Positions 1 to 11,749 of a stretch of DNA of 25,979 nucleotides are shown piece after piece (positions within the stretch are counted from its first letter, which is position 1; the number at the start of each line of letters is the position of its first letter). The DNA comes from Zygophlyctis sp. KS116 (lineage: Eukaryota; Fungi; Chytridiomycota): contig BAAFSQ010000137.1 of assembly GCA_054661495.1 (NCBI GenBank), positions 1 through 25,979 on the forward strand, read 5' to 3'. A program made the position numbers and the translations under genes. The notes under the pieces were generated by a model. That model had not been told where the DNA came from and searched no databases. It worked only from the letters and a program-made list of their open reading frames with translations.

Positions 1-745
1 GAAAATTGAAAAAGAAAATTTATCGTGAGAGTTGAACTTACGTCATGAGAAATTTTTTCGGTCCATTAGGCAAACATGGTACTTTTAGTATGAACATTTC
101 AGTAGTTGGGAAAATGGGGAATACGCCTGGATTTAATCCTGGATATTGAATATCTTTAATAAGTGGATTAATGAATTCATTATCTGGTTTAAAGATTAAA
201 ATCGGAGGTTTGTGGTAGACAATAAGGCCATTTTGTTTAATTACTGTTTTGGGAAAATTAGGTTCATATTCTACAACACCAATCAACAAACCAGAGCATC
301 CATTTGTAAGTCCATATTTTGATAAAACAGGAAGATTTTGAACTTAGACGATTCTGCTATTTTTAGCACATTGAACTGTTCTGTAAAGGGTTTCTGCAAC
401 AGTTGATTTAGTTACAAGTGCATTCCACAAGTTTGAGTTTTTTTTCGAAATTCTAATTCTGTTTAAAGTATCTTCTGCACATATAATATAATGATATTTA
501 TGAATAGAGTGACCCAATGCTTTTAAACAATTGACTTCATAACCAAGTTGCACCCGCGGGATGATAAAAAATGCATCTCTCCATTGTTCTTGTTTTATTG
601 TATCAGAATTCAGAATTTTTGGTTTGAGCCATTCGTAATCATTGTAAGACAGACTTTTATCAATATCATCAATGTCTAGGCCTAATGAATTATTGTCTGT
701 GCGTTCCACTTTAATGAATGATAAGTCTACAACTTTGGAATCTGC
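1..745 (-). mobile_element. Helitron-type PIF1 helicase, C-terminal part (pseudogene fragment)
   Basis: ORFs 344..709 and 38..289 plus the linker read KYGLTNGCSGLLIGV...PPILIFKPD...PGLNPGVFPIFP, typical of the PIF1 2B/2A region of Helitron-like helicases. Frameshifted and with stops. Confidence 0.75.
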
Positions 746-3536
746 TTAAGTATCAGTTCTTCAGGAGCTCCGGCTTTTCAAAGCTCAGACGTCTGTCTCC
801 GGATTTATTCAGCCTAAATTATGTTTGAAACATACCTCCAGAGGTCGGAATTATCCTGTGGATAAATGTTTTGGCTGCCAGCCCCAGCTGCGTCCTGTGT
901 GCCCAGATTGTAAGGCAGCAAATAAGGAATACTATCACAAGCTTGGATCTTTTAAATGTATTCAGAAAAAAACTGTGAAAGTTTATTCGTGTATTTCTGA
1001 CCGGAGTAGTTGGTATTTAGACAGCGGATGTACCCAACATATGACTGGTGGTGATTGGCCTAGTACGCAATTCAAACCTAGCACTAGACCAGGTACTACT
1101 GCTAATGGTACAATCGCCTCTACTTGTATTGGATCAATTAGATAAGGACATATAGAGATTACAGATACTCTTTTTTGCCCACCTTCTGTACCAAATTTAT
1201 TGTTAGTGAGCAGACTAGCTCAAAAGGGTTTTGTAACAATTTTTAATAAATCTGGGTCAATAACTGTTCCTCAATCCTCTGATTTTCTTAACACTATTAA
1301 GCAATTCAGATCTAAATCTATAATATCATCTAGTCTTTCTGATGGTTTATATAAAGTCAGCCTATCAAATGCTAGTTCGTTTATTACTAAGTCATGGCAA
1401 GAAGCACATGAAATGTTTGGACATCGATATTTTGATGATCTTCCACGTATGGCAAAAATATTTAATTTTTCTCTCACTGGAGATAAGCCTGCTATTTGTG
1501 AATGCTGTGCGCAAGGCAAACTAACTCGTAACAATATTCCACGTTTTAGTCTCAATAATTTATCTGCAATGCCTGGTACTATAGTAGAAGGTGATTACCA
1601 AGGCCCATTTTCTCTTACATCATATGATCGGACTAATGGAAATGTTAAATTCATTGATGTTGGCTCAAAGTATATCTTTATGAAATGTCTTTATGGGAAG
1701 AATTCAATGGATATTGCAAAATTCTTTCACAAAATTTATCACCAATTGCACACTCAGCACAATATAGCTATCAAAGTTGTAAGAACTGATAATGGGACTG
1801 AATTCAAAGGTCTTTTGGATACTTTTCTAGTTGATAAAGGCATCCTACACCAAGTTGGAGACGATTACAAACATCATCAGCCTGGATGTGCTGAACGCTC
1901 GCATCGCAGTATTTTAGAACAGGCGCGTACCATTTTACTTGGATCTAAATTGCCAGATCAATTTGATTCAGCTGCTTTTGAGTACTCAGTATTCGTTTTA
2001 AATCGTATTCCTCGAGCTGGTCAAACCAAATCGCCCTTTGAAATTCTTTTTGGACAACAGCCTAAGTTAACTGAATTTATTCCTTTTGGATCGGTAGTCT
2101 ATGCTCATGACCCATTAGAACGACGTAAAAGCAAATTGAAACTTTCCGGTATTAGATGTCGATTTTTAGGTTATGCGGATGCTTCGTCTGGTAATGTTAT
2201 TCATAAAGGTCTCAAATTACTTCGTGAAGATAACTTTAAAATTTTATATTCTTCAGATTATAAGTTAGATTTAAATGCGGAACGTATTGAATTGAAACAT
2301 GCTATCACTAATCCTATGTCTCAGCCGTGGTTTGTGGAAATACACTCTAGCACAAATGCACCAGTATCTCCTGCAGTTAGATCGTCTGAAGAATCTAGTT
2401 CGTCTGTAGATTTCGTTGATTCTTTGGCTAGTTCTCCAGAATCTATGTTGCCAAATCATGTTCCTGATTCTGCTTGCGCCTCAGTTACGGATTCGATCAC
2501 CTCTCGTAATCGAAGACGTCAACCACTAGATTCTCAAACGCTAAGAGATATTCTTGATCAGCCTGCAATTCATGACCCTTCAGATGCCAGAAGTTTTTGG
2601 AGTGTTCCACCCTCAACAGTTCTTTAACCCCTGGTGTTACCGCTCTTACCAATTCTTTGGATTCAATTACTGCAACCTCATTATTAGCTGATTCTTTTGA
2701 TTTCGGTTCTTATTTAGCAAGTGCCACTCATGATTATATCCCCAATACCTATGGTCAAGCTATGCAATCGAATAAGCCTTCACTGTGGCAGGCTGCCATT
2801 GATAGAGAAATTCAATCGTTAAACAACAATGAAGTATTTACCCCATGCTCACTACCTCCCGGAAGAAAAGCAGTTGGATCACGATGGGTGTTTACCGAAA
2901 AAGTATTAGCTGATGGTTCTGTCATGGAAAAAGCTCGCTTTGTTGCACAGGGACATACTCAAATTGATGGCATTGATTGCGGGAATACATTTGCTCCGGT
3001 AGCCAAATTTGTGAGCTTTCGAGTCATGCTGACCACTGCTGCCTCGAAAGGCATGGAAATACATAAAATGGACGTCGACACCGCATTTATTTTAGCTCCA
3101 TTAGAGGAAGAAGTTTATTTGCGCCTTTCTGATGGATTCGGCGAGCTGTCGGGAACCATTTTTAAACTCAATCGTGCTCTGTATGGCCTAAAACAATCAC
3201 CACGTGCATGGTATGCCAAAGCTCACTCTATCTTATCTTCTCTTGGATTCATTGCAAATCGAAAAGATCAATGTTTATATACGGGAAAGCATATATTACT
3301 CTTTATGTCGATGGTCTTGCTTTAGCTATATCTGGAAAATCCAATATGCAAGCTCTGAAACAAGCTATTTCAAAACTTTTGCCTGTCAAAGATTTGGGAG
3401 AATTAAAGAATTATTTAGGATTACAATTTAGTTATAATTCCTCTCAGAAAATTATCAAAATTCATCAAGCTCGATATATTGATACTCTACTAACAAGAAC
3501 AAATATGTTAGAGTAAATTTCAGCGAACTGTGGCTC

Positions 3537-3600
3537 TTTCTTCTACAGAAGCTGAATACATGGCACTTTCTTCTACAGAAGCTGAATACATGGCACTTTC
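3537..3600 (+). repeat. 30-bp tandem duplication in copia RNase H (ALSSTEAEYM x2)
   Basis: ctttcttctacagaagctgaatacatggca occurs twice in tandem, bounded by ctttc microhomology. Confidence 0.9.
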
Positions 3601-3950
3601 TACTGCCGCTCTAGAAGCCTTATGGCTTCAAACACGATTTTGGTTTAATCCACAAGGGACCCATTCCTATTCTAGAAGATAATCAAGGGGCTATCAAATT
3701 GACTCTAGGGACTAAAGACCACTCAAGAACTAAACATATTGACTTTCGGTATCACTTTATTCAAGATCACATTTATAATGGAAATATTCATGTTTCTCAT
3801 GTTTCTACACACCAGAATGTGGCTGATATCATGACTAAAGCTTTGCCACCTTGTGTATTTAATCGTCATTCTACACATCTTGTCTCCTCTTTAGACACTT
3901 GCTTTGATTCGTATCTTCTCAGTTTCACAATTTTATGTACTTGCGAAACT

Positions 3951-4026
3951 GCGGGGGTGTATTAAAGTGAAAAACGCGCTACGCGTCCTAGGCAATATAT
4001 ATCTTTCTTATATTCCTAGTGCTTCA
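3951..4026 (+). repeat. Polypurine tract and start of copia 3' LTR
   Basis: GCGGGGG (3951-3957) directly followed by TGTATT at 3958. The 3' end is uncertain (CTTCA at 4022-4026, then Helitron sequence). Confidence 0.7.
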
Positions 4027-4035
4027 CTGAGCTCC

Positions 4036-4486
4036 TTATTTTAACTGATATCCATTCAATTCATCTTCATTAATTTCAAAGGTTCTATATCCAGGATGTT
4101 GGCGTTTGAGAAAATATAACCATGCAGCAATATTGTTTCTTTTAATTTTAAATAAATGCTTGGAAGCATTCATTATTTCAAATTTAGTGAGGTATTTAGT
4201 ATACAAAAAAACCACATGAATCCTTTTTGACAATTCTTTAGAGGCTATAGGTGATGAGATTGTTAAAATGGAGTCTGGATTTTGGCTTTTTGCGATCAAG
4301 TGACCTTTGAACCCTTTTTCTGACGGCAATTTACCAGGATTTAATTTTATGATTCAAGGACTAAAATTAACTCTTGAAATAATTTTTTCCTGTATCCAAT
4401 TGAGTTTTGGCAGATGATCTGCTAGTTCTGACCCGGTATAAAATCCATTAGCGAGTGCGAACGGTGGTAGTGACTGGTCTTTTAAA
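4036..4486 (-). mobile_element. Helitron-associated DUF6570-like domain fragment
   Basis: Minus strand reads LPPFALANGFYTG...LPKLNWIQEKIISRV...KGFKGHLIA...IHVVFL...FKIKRNNIAAWLYFLKRQHPGY, the domain found upstream of Rep/helicase in fungal Helitron-like elements. Same strand as the helicase at 1-745. Confidence 0.75.
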
Positions 4487-4855
4487 AAATGTCCCTGACT
4501 TTAAGTAAAATTTACTATCAGGCATTCAACTTATGAATAAAGGTTACACTCAAATTATTAAGGATGGATCTTTAAAAATAATTGATAAAAATATGTTGCG
4601 GGGGGGAATATTCAATCCTTCTTATGGTTTAATTGAAATAAACAAAGATGAGAAACTCAGCCTATCTGTTTCGCAATACCTATCACTAGATATCTGGCAT
4701 AAACGAATGGCTTGGAAAGGCGCTTTACCTCCTTATCGAGAACGATATTTAGAAGAATCTGACATTTCTTCGCATTCTTTTGATCCTTGGAGTCGAATGG
4801 AGAGCAGCTCAGTCAATTTATAGTCATAAAAGAAATATATTTTGAAGCATTAATC
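4487..4855 (+). repeat. Direct repeat A, copy 1 (matches 11971-12338); degraded copia pol fragment fused to unrelated sequence
   Basis: ORFs 4533..4823 and 12016..12306 are near-identical, with only a few substitutions and one indel across about 369 bp. Contains NLLSGIQLMNKGY and LDIWHKRM. Confidence 0.95.
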
Positions 4856-5269
4856 GTCCACTCCTTGAGTTTCAACAAATTTATAGTCAGGGTCTCTTTC
4901 CTTTTCCTTTGAGCTCGATTCTACTGGAACTTCTGGAGTACGCTGAGGTGTGTGAAGAGTGTCATGCTGGGGCAAGTCTTTCTTCTTTCTTGTGCGAGGT
5001 GGGTTTTTGTTGAAATATAATCAAAAGTTATTTGCAACAAAATTTGCGCGGAAAGCGAAATTCTCCGAGCTCAAAGACTGGCTACCAAATCAGTGGTATT
5101 TTGGATCTTGGTCAAAGTTGTCCGATCATTTTAAAGATCACAAAAAGCTGGAAAACATACTAAAAACTCAGAAGTAGATTATGAGAATTGAATGCGCTAG
5201 AGCAGGTTAAACAAGGAAATTTCAACATGATTTCAAATGGAATTATCTTCTAAACGCGTGATGCGATTT

Positions 5270-5551
5270 AAATCGACGATTTACAAAAATGTATTTTTAC
5301 TATCCCATCTAACTTTGAATATCTAAAGGAAGAATACAAACTTGTATATGCTCAACTTTACAAAAAAATTCTTTTCACCGCTTGCTTTTGACATCAACAT
5401 ATATGAATTTATTATGATGACAAAAGCGAAAATATCATTGAAAAAAATGAATTCTCTGAGACCTTGGTATTTGATCAGAAAGTAGAATTTCTTATATCAA
5501 TGAAATATTCATCAAAACAAGTGGATATAATTCTCGATGGAACCGAAAACA
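5270..5551 (+). repeat. Direct repeat B, copy 1 (matches 10148-10429)
   Basis: 282 bp essentially identical, from aaatcga[c/a]gatttacaaaaatg to ggaaccgaaaaca. Confidence 0.95.
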
Positions 5552-5603
5552 GATATTTCAGTATGCTCATCTACTCAAATCGTTGTTTAAAACATAGTTT
5601 TAA

Positions 5604-6030
5604 TATTGGAAATCGGATAAGAACTAAAGGAGATAGAGCTAAGCCCAAACCTAGTCATTCAAAGGCCTACAGGGTGCCGCAAGCTGCCGCATGTCTCAGA
5701 TCTCACCCTTTTGGACTATAAAAGAGCTCAAGTGGACGTTTTATATCTTTAAGAAAAATAAATCAACTTGCAATGAATGAAAATCTTAAATCGATTGAAC
5801 CCACTGGACTTCCTACTTCAATAGGTTATGGGCCCAATACAGGGTTATTTAAAGTGACTCAATTCAATGGAAATGCTGCTGCTTATGATGCTTGGAAAAC
5901 AAGAATGGAAATTCAAATTAAAGTTCTTGGATTAACTATGCTGACTGACAACAGCCTATTGATTGACGACATCAAAGACTTTAATGTTTTGGATGAAAAG
6001 TTTTATGACTTGATGGTCTGTTCAGTTTCG
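5604..6030 (+). mobile_element. 5' end of a copia element: about 220-bp LTR (5604-5823), PBS (5824-5836) and gag N-terminus
   Basis: Inverted termini TATTG...CAATA, TATAAAA at about 5717, then the copia-type PBS GGTTATGGGCCCA. ORF 5773 has the gag motif FNGNAAAYDAWKTRME. Confidence 0.75.
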
Positions 6031-6779
6031 GATTTAAATCCCCTTATAGACCACATGAAAACAACTTTCCTCTCCTGTGATCAAAACTTTTACTCACTGA
6101 CTGCAGAAAAAGTCAATTGTGGTTCAAATGGAAGAGTTACTGCAAGACAGAGAAATTCAAGTTGAAGTATATGACATGGATTAACACGAAAGAAATGCAG
6201 ATTATCCAACAATGCCAGGCAAACTTCATCACTACATTTTCGAAAGATGTAGAAACAAATCCGGAACAGATCAATTGCTCTCTAATCCCTTTGAAATATC
6301 TCATAAGGCTCTGCAATGGCGTTGCAATCTCCTATTTCACTACCGATATTGTCCCAGATGCTTTAAAAGTTTCAATAGAGGGCATCTTAACCGTTGTGTG
6401 CTATATGATGTGTTGGCAATGTAATTTCAGGGGGACTCGAAGACAGAACTATTTCAGAAAGATATCAAGTCAATTACTAATATGAAAAATATGGATGGAT
6501 CTAATTACACTCTTCTAGACTTCTACCTTAATAATCATGAATATCAAAAATTTATTCAAATCAATGAAAGCTTAGACAAAAAATTACTAAGGGATTAAAG
6601 CCAAAAAAAATATTTTCTTTCTCTCAAAGAGAGTTTTCAGATAAAGATCCGGAATAAATCCGGTTAAATTAGAAAAAATAATAATAAATCTCTTATCTCC
6701 TAACCCTAACTAGTCTTAGTTCCAAAGTAGATTTTCTTTTAAGCTAACCCTAAAGCCAAGTAATTGTCATGAGCATTCT

Positions 6780-7002
6780 AATTTTCCTGACACCGACCCG
6801 GAACTCATGGGTTAGGAAACTTAATCCGAGATGTTTAATCTAATCACTTACATAAACCATTTAACCCTAACGTGTACCAGCCTGTAAGTTGGTACTTATA
6901 CTTTGATATATATTATCTCACTCTATACTAAGGGTTAGTATCTCTACCTATTGTTTAACATGTTGGTACCAACTCGCCCAGGCCCAGATCCGCTTATATA
7001 AT
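6780..7002 (+). repeat. Repeat C, copy 1 (diverged and rearranged relative to 9508-9672)
   Basis: Shares gagatgtttaatctaa and atat[ct]atctcactctat...tattgtttaacatgttggta...ctcgcccaggcccaga[ta]ccgcttatataat with the second copy. 6780-6808 is the reverse complement of 9518-9546 (1 mismatch). Confidence 0.85.
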
Positions 7003-7158
7003 TTAAAATAGTCATCAAATTTGTTGTCCGAATCTTCTTACAGATTAGGAGAGGAAATGGTGTGAAACGGTCCCCTTCCTACACCATTATCTTCCAATTC
7101 AAAAAAGTAGCTACTAGTGATAAGTTTTCTAAATTGATAAAAATGTATTTTAGGATGA

Positions 7159-7246
7159 ATTTGAAAGGTTTGAGAAAAGTATTTGAAAGGCGTGAGAAAA
7201 GTATTTGAAAGGTGTGAGAAAAGTATTTGAAAGGTGTGCGGAAAGC
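7159..7246 (+). repeat. 22-bp tandem repeat x4
   Basis: ATTTGAAAGG[TT/CG/TG]TGAGAAAAGT at 7159, 7181 and 7203, with a diverged copy at 7225. Confidence 0.95.
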
Positions 7247-7254
7247 AGCGGTGA

Positions 7255-7480
7255 TGCAAAAGTGCAAAAAGAACCAGCATGCGGTTTGTGTCCTAGAGGA
7301 AACGAACCCATAGAATACAGGAACGTAAATTTCAGACTGTTGATCGAAAATCATCAATAGATGAAGCTGAGCAAAGTTTTTTGACAAAATCTGAAAGTAC
7401 CTGTAATTCGTAAACATATAGAACTTATTACCATCGATGTAGACAATTGAATGTCTCTGCGTAGAAATGGGTATAATTGC
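7255..7480 (-). mobile_element. MULE/Mutator transposase catalytic-domain fragment with a 31-nt intron (7401-7431)
   Basis: After splicing and correcting one frameshift it reads IVYIDGTFRFC-KNFAQLHLLMIFDQQSEIYVPVFYGFVSSRT, matching the MULE DGTF...YVPV.Y signature. Confidence 0.8.
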
Positions 7481-7510
7481 TTAGGGTTAGGGTAAAAAAC
7501 CTAACCCTAA
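7481..7510. repeat. Head-to-head interstitial telomeric repeats
   Basis: TTAGGGTTAGGGT-AAAAAA-CCTAACCCTAA at the truncation point of the MULE fragment. Confidence 0.9.
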
Positions 7511-8204
7511 AAGATAATTTGAATAAGTTGAACAAGGAAATCGAAGAATATAAGTCCACTTAACTGGTATTCTTGTTTAGCTTACAATAACAGCATTACG
7601 CCAAGAATTTGAATGATTTGATAGTTGCAAAGAATATGGAGGAAATTCAGGCAATTCAAGCAGTAGCTAAAAAAATTGAAAAAATCACTGTCAAGAGGAT
7701 CCGTTCTTTCAAAATGATAATTCTTTTTACCGACGTCTGGAGGCATTTTATCAAGAAACTGCTTTTATTCTTACAAGGGCCGATTCAAAAGAGGTGGTAG
7801 GCTCACAAGATGAACAAGGATTAACCATTCTAGAGTCACATTTGACGATATCCAACAAAAGTAAGTTGTCCGAAAATAAAAATGATCCAGGTTGTCAATC
7901 TGATGCTTCCTCTTTATTCGACATACTGGACCATGGGCAGATGCATGTGTTGAATGGTTTAAAGTAATTCTCTAGTGCAAAAACTTGTTTTCACCAGTAA
8001 AGAGAAAATTGTTTTTCTGCTTAAAATTATGTTGCAAGTTCATTGTCATAAATCAATTTTATTAAAAAGGGTTAGGTGAAATACATCTGATAATGTATTC
8101 AAAATTATAGATGAATTTCTATCTACAAAAATATCAGTTTGAGAGATTTGTTTGGTTGATCTTGTTACCAACAATTACTTGCGCGATAACCTTTTATGAT
8201 GTTA

Positions 8205-8400
8205 ATTAAAGAGACGGGCAGTTCTCTTGACAAAAACGAATCTCAGCCCGAGCTTGCACAATGATACAAATGGTCGAGCACCTTCGAAATGATAAAAAAA
8301 TATTATCAAATAATTGATCCAGTTCAGGAATTGTTTGCACATGATATGCCTGCGGATAGAGTTGCAGATGATGCGCCAATGGACCATTATAGCAGAGTTA
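8205..8400 (+). mobile_element. hAT transposase internal fragment
   Basis: KRRAVLLTKTNLSPSLHNDT-(frameshift)-WSSTFEMIKKYYQI parallels KRAAKLRRFTKLLPLKRNVTRWSSTDMMVKRYFQI in ORF 22641..23147. Confidence 0.65.
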
Positions 8401-9507
8401 AAATGTATCATTTTTAATTGAGCCAGTTTACTACCAAAATAAATATATTTGAGTTTTCTATTTTCAATACAGAATTGTTTGTTATAAAATTTGGTTGTAT
8501 CAAGCGTTTAATCATTGAAGGTAGATACTATGAGATTGAGCAAAACGATCTTTCTTATCCACTTCAAAAGATGCTAAAAAACTAATGCATTTCACTTTTA
8601 ATAATTTTATTTTGAGTCCAGCTCTGACACTGCAGATCTCCACTGAGTTATTCTCCTTCACGTGGTAAAGAAACACCCATGAATCATTCTCCTTTACAAG
8701 GTAAAGAATAAGTAAAAAATCTCTGATTCGTATTTATTTCTTACCGGAGAATCTTATATGACTATCCATCCTATTAAACAGTTCAATTTGTCCAATAATT
8801 TACATTCTGATGATTGATATACGTATTGATTTAATCTATGAAGCAGATACTTACCAATTAGATCAATAAAATTGAAAAGTATTTGAATTATTCAGAAATA
8901 AAACATTATCAATTTGGTATCTGCAGTTTTTGATGTTTTTGAGTTCTTGGTTCGATCTAGAATGAGCCCAGCTCATCCTTCTAAAAATTCTGGATTCATG
9001 AAGAATCCACTGGGAACCTTTTTTTTCATTGTGCCAAGGGTAAGCTGGGCCAGGTTTAAGCTAGGTCGATTATGGTGTATGGCAGCTTCATATTATAACT
9101 TTTCGGTTTTTGGATCTGCCAAGGGACTGGAATAGTCCGAACACAAAAAATTGTAACTCAAGGGAACCTGGAAGTCAAAAAATGTTTAGACCAGCTCGTC
9201 CAAACCCAGAAGTCGATCGGGATCTCCGATTTACCAAAAAAATTTCGTAGGTAACCCTGAGATTTGAAATATGGAGAATACAACCAACACTTCCACATCG
9301 TACGAGTAAAAGTTCACATCCTCTAATTTTTCACCTAAAATAAAATTCAATAAATTACAAAATAATTTGAATTCTCGTCCATTTTTGAGAAATCTTGAGG
9401 GTGGCACAGAGGCAGTAGCTGGAGCTGAATCTCCTTGATGAATTAGGAAGTTGCTAATAAGCTCCTGTTCAGATAGATGACGTCCAGAGGGATACATTCT
9501 TTTAAAT

Positions 9508-9672
9508 TAACCCTTAATATGAGTTCCGGGTCGGCGTCAGGAAAATTATTCGGAGATGTTTAATCTAACAGTTTTTTTATATATCATCTCACTCTATTCA
9601 AAGTTTTGTACCTCTATCTATTGTTTAACATGTTGGTATTACCTCGCCCAGGCCCAGAACCGCTTATATAAT
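9508..9672 (+). repeat. Repeat C, copy 2
   Basis: Homologous to 6780-7002, as described for copy 1. Confidence 0.85.
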
Positions 9673-9679
9673 CCGTTCA

Positions 9680-10810
9680 TAGAGAAGCCGTTAGATAGCA
9701 TAAAATTTCTGGAATCGGTTAAAAATGGACAATCTGAAATCGAACCATTGATGGAATCTGTCACGGAAGTGGTCTAACACTATGAAACAAAACAAAATTT
9801 CAATCAGAAATCGTTAAGCAAAATACGAGACACATTGGTGGTAAAACTTGCTCAATTCTACAAAGTACATTAAAAAAACAGGGTGATATTACAGATTGGA
9901 AATCTTTTCCATGGAAGTTGGTTTAAGGACTTAATGTGTGACAAGTTGCTTCACTCATTTGCCCAAGTTTTTTAAGGTATATTGTACAGATTGTATCGGA
10001 GAAAGTTCGAATATCTTTCAAACGTTGTCATTGATACTGAAATCGCTTGCAATTCATCAAGGATAACAGAAAAACTAAAACAGCAGACAAAAAATTGCTC
10101 TTTTTGTCGGATACAAAACGTAGCAGTGAAATCATTTGTGTATTTAGAAATCGAAGATTTACAAAAATGTATTTTTACTATCCCATCTAACTTTGAATAT
10201 CTAAAGGAAGAATACAAACTTGTATATGCTCAACTTTACAAAAAAATTCTTTTCACCGCTTGCTTTTGACATCAACATATATGAATTTATTATGATGACA
10301 AAAGCGAAAATATCATTGAAAAAAATGAATTCTCTGAGACCTTGGTATTTGATCAGAAAGTAGAATTTCTTATATCAATGAAATATTCATCAAAACAAGT
10401 GGATATAATTCTCGATGGAACCGAAAACATTAATTATTTGGAATGCACGGATAAGTTTTCTGACATACAATCTCAATCAAGCATACCAACGCCTAAGGAA
10501 GTCTTGACAGAAGAAAACAAGAGTGATTGGAAAAAGAAAATACTGATTCTGGATCGGAATATGTGGATATTTATTCTTCATCAACTAGTTTACAAAACGA
10601 GGTTTCTGAATTGTGTAAAAAGAAAAAAATCTTAGAAGATATTCGTAACTTAAAGCCAGAATTGCACAAATTGAAAGATGAAGGATCAACCGACGAATCA
10701 TCTTCAGTGTCTGCTCGGTCTGTTGTCAAATCTTTAAAAGTATGATCGGCCGAAAAAACTAAAACGAGTATTTCATCTGATAAGAAGAAAAATACTGCAA
10801 GTCGTGAAAT
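9680..10810 (+). pseudogene. Degraded coding sequence of unknown family; contains repeat B copy 2 (10148-10429)
   Basis: Chain of same-strand ORFs (9982, 10342, 10527) separated by isolated stops and frameshifts. No recognised domain. Confidence 0.4.
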
Positions 10811-10835
10811 TTATGGGTTAGGGCTACTCCTAACC

Positions 10836-11095
10836 GTTGGAATCTTTTTGATGATACATTCGCTATTACAACAGCTTGCAAAGGAGATAATAATTCGGAT
10901 ACCCGAGGTATAAATTTCCGAAAATATGATACTAGCCCATTAAACGAACGTGTTTCTCTGACATTAGAAGGTCTTGTAAAGTCTCTTATCACTTGAACTT
11001 TGAGGGTATCAGGTTTAATCCCTGTTGAATCAACTACATGCACGAGATAGGTAGAGGATGTCAGAAAGAAATCGCATTAGATCAAATTCCCAAAC
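10836..11095 (-). mobile_element. Ty3/gypsy RT C-terminal/connection fragment
   Basis: HVVDSTGIKPDTLKVQVIRDFTRPSNVRETRSFNGLVSYFRKFIP. Confidence 0.9.
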
Positions 11096-11444
11096 TTTTT
11101 ATTCTGAAATTTACATGGGGCATCTATTAAAATAAAAGAAGCATTGCATATTGTGAACACGCAACTCGACCAAAAAATGTTAGATTTATTTTATAGTTAG
11201 GGTAAGAATGGATTGCAAATTGTGAACGCGCAACTCGACTAACATCTACTGGCATATTCAAATGCTCCTGCTCGACGCTTGGTGTAAATGACTGAGGGAT
11301 CACCAGAAGATTTTGATTGTAAAGTTAATTAAGGAGGTAAAGCGCCTTTCCAAAAAGATCTTCCAATGCACTTTCAATTCCTTCAATGTTCCGGTTATCA
11401 GCGCACGCATCAAGAGTTTGATTCACCAAGTCGTCATATTCTTC

Positions 11445-11492
11445 ATGATGTTCATCGAACCACATAAAACCATGATGTTCATCGAACCACAT
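11445..11492 (+). repeat. 27-bp-period tandem duplication
   Basis: atgatgttcatcgaaccacat occurs twice (MWFDEHH x2 on the minus strand). Confidence 0.85.
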
Positions 11493-11749
11493 TTGAAATG
11501 ATTGTGTCAAGTGGCAAAGATGGTTGGACTCTGTGGGAGCAAAAGCATTATCGACAACTGATTACACATTGATGAGGAAAGCATGGGTTGTTGTAGTGGA
11601 TATGCGAAAGTATTTTTGTGCTTTACTGGAACATTATCACTCTTATGGTAATGCTCAGTTTAATCATGATTTTATTCAACAATAATTTTATGACTTAGTT
11701 AAAATTAGACTTTCTTGATGTGTGGATGTGCACTGGTCAGGGTTAGTGT

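Larger units (their letters stand above)
748..4026 (+). mobile_element. Ty1/copia LTR retrotransposon, 5'-truncated and degenerate (gag zinc knuckles, protease, integrase, RT, RNase H, PPT, short or partial 3' LTR)
   Basis: Protease WYLDSGCTQHM; HEMFGH...CECCAQGK (GAG-pre-integrase); integrase VRTDNGTEF and AERSHRSILEQARTIL; RT_2 motifs AVGSRWVF, KARFVAQG, MDVDTAF, LYGLKQSPRAW, LYVDG; RNase H ALSSTEAEYMAL, EDNQGAI, RTKHIDFRYHFI, NVADIMTKAL. Frameshifts and an RT-RNase H deletion near 3520. Confidence 0.95.

Noticed and set aside
6117-6485. Helicase fragment suggested by RLCNG and EGILTVVC
   Set aside because: No other helicase motif can be aligned; too weak to call.
7159-7246. CRISPR-like array
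   Set aside because: The 22-bp units are contiguous with no unique spacers, there are no cas genes, and the context is eukaryotic.
7481-7510. Genuine chromosome end or ancestral whole-chromosome fusion site
   Set aside because: Only about 2 repeats per side, and similar small motifs recur every 1-2 kb, which is too frequent for chromosome fusions.
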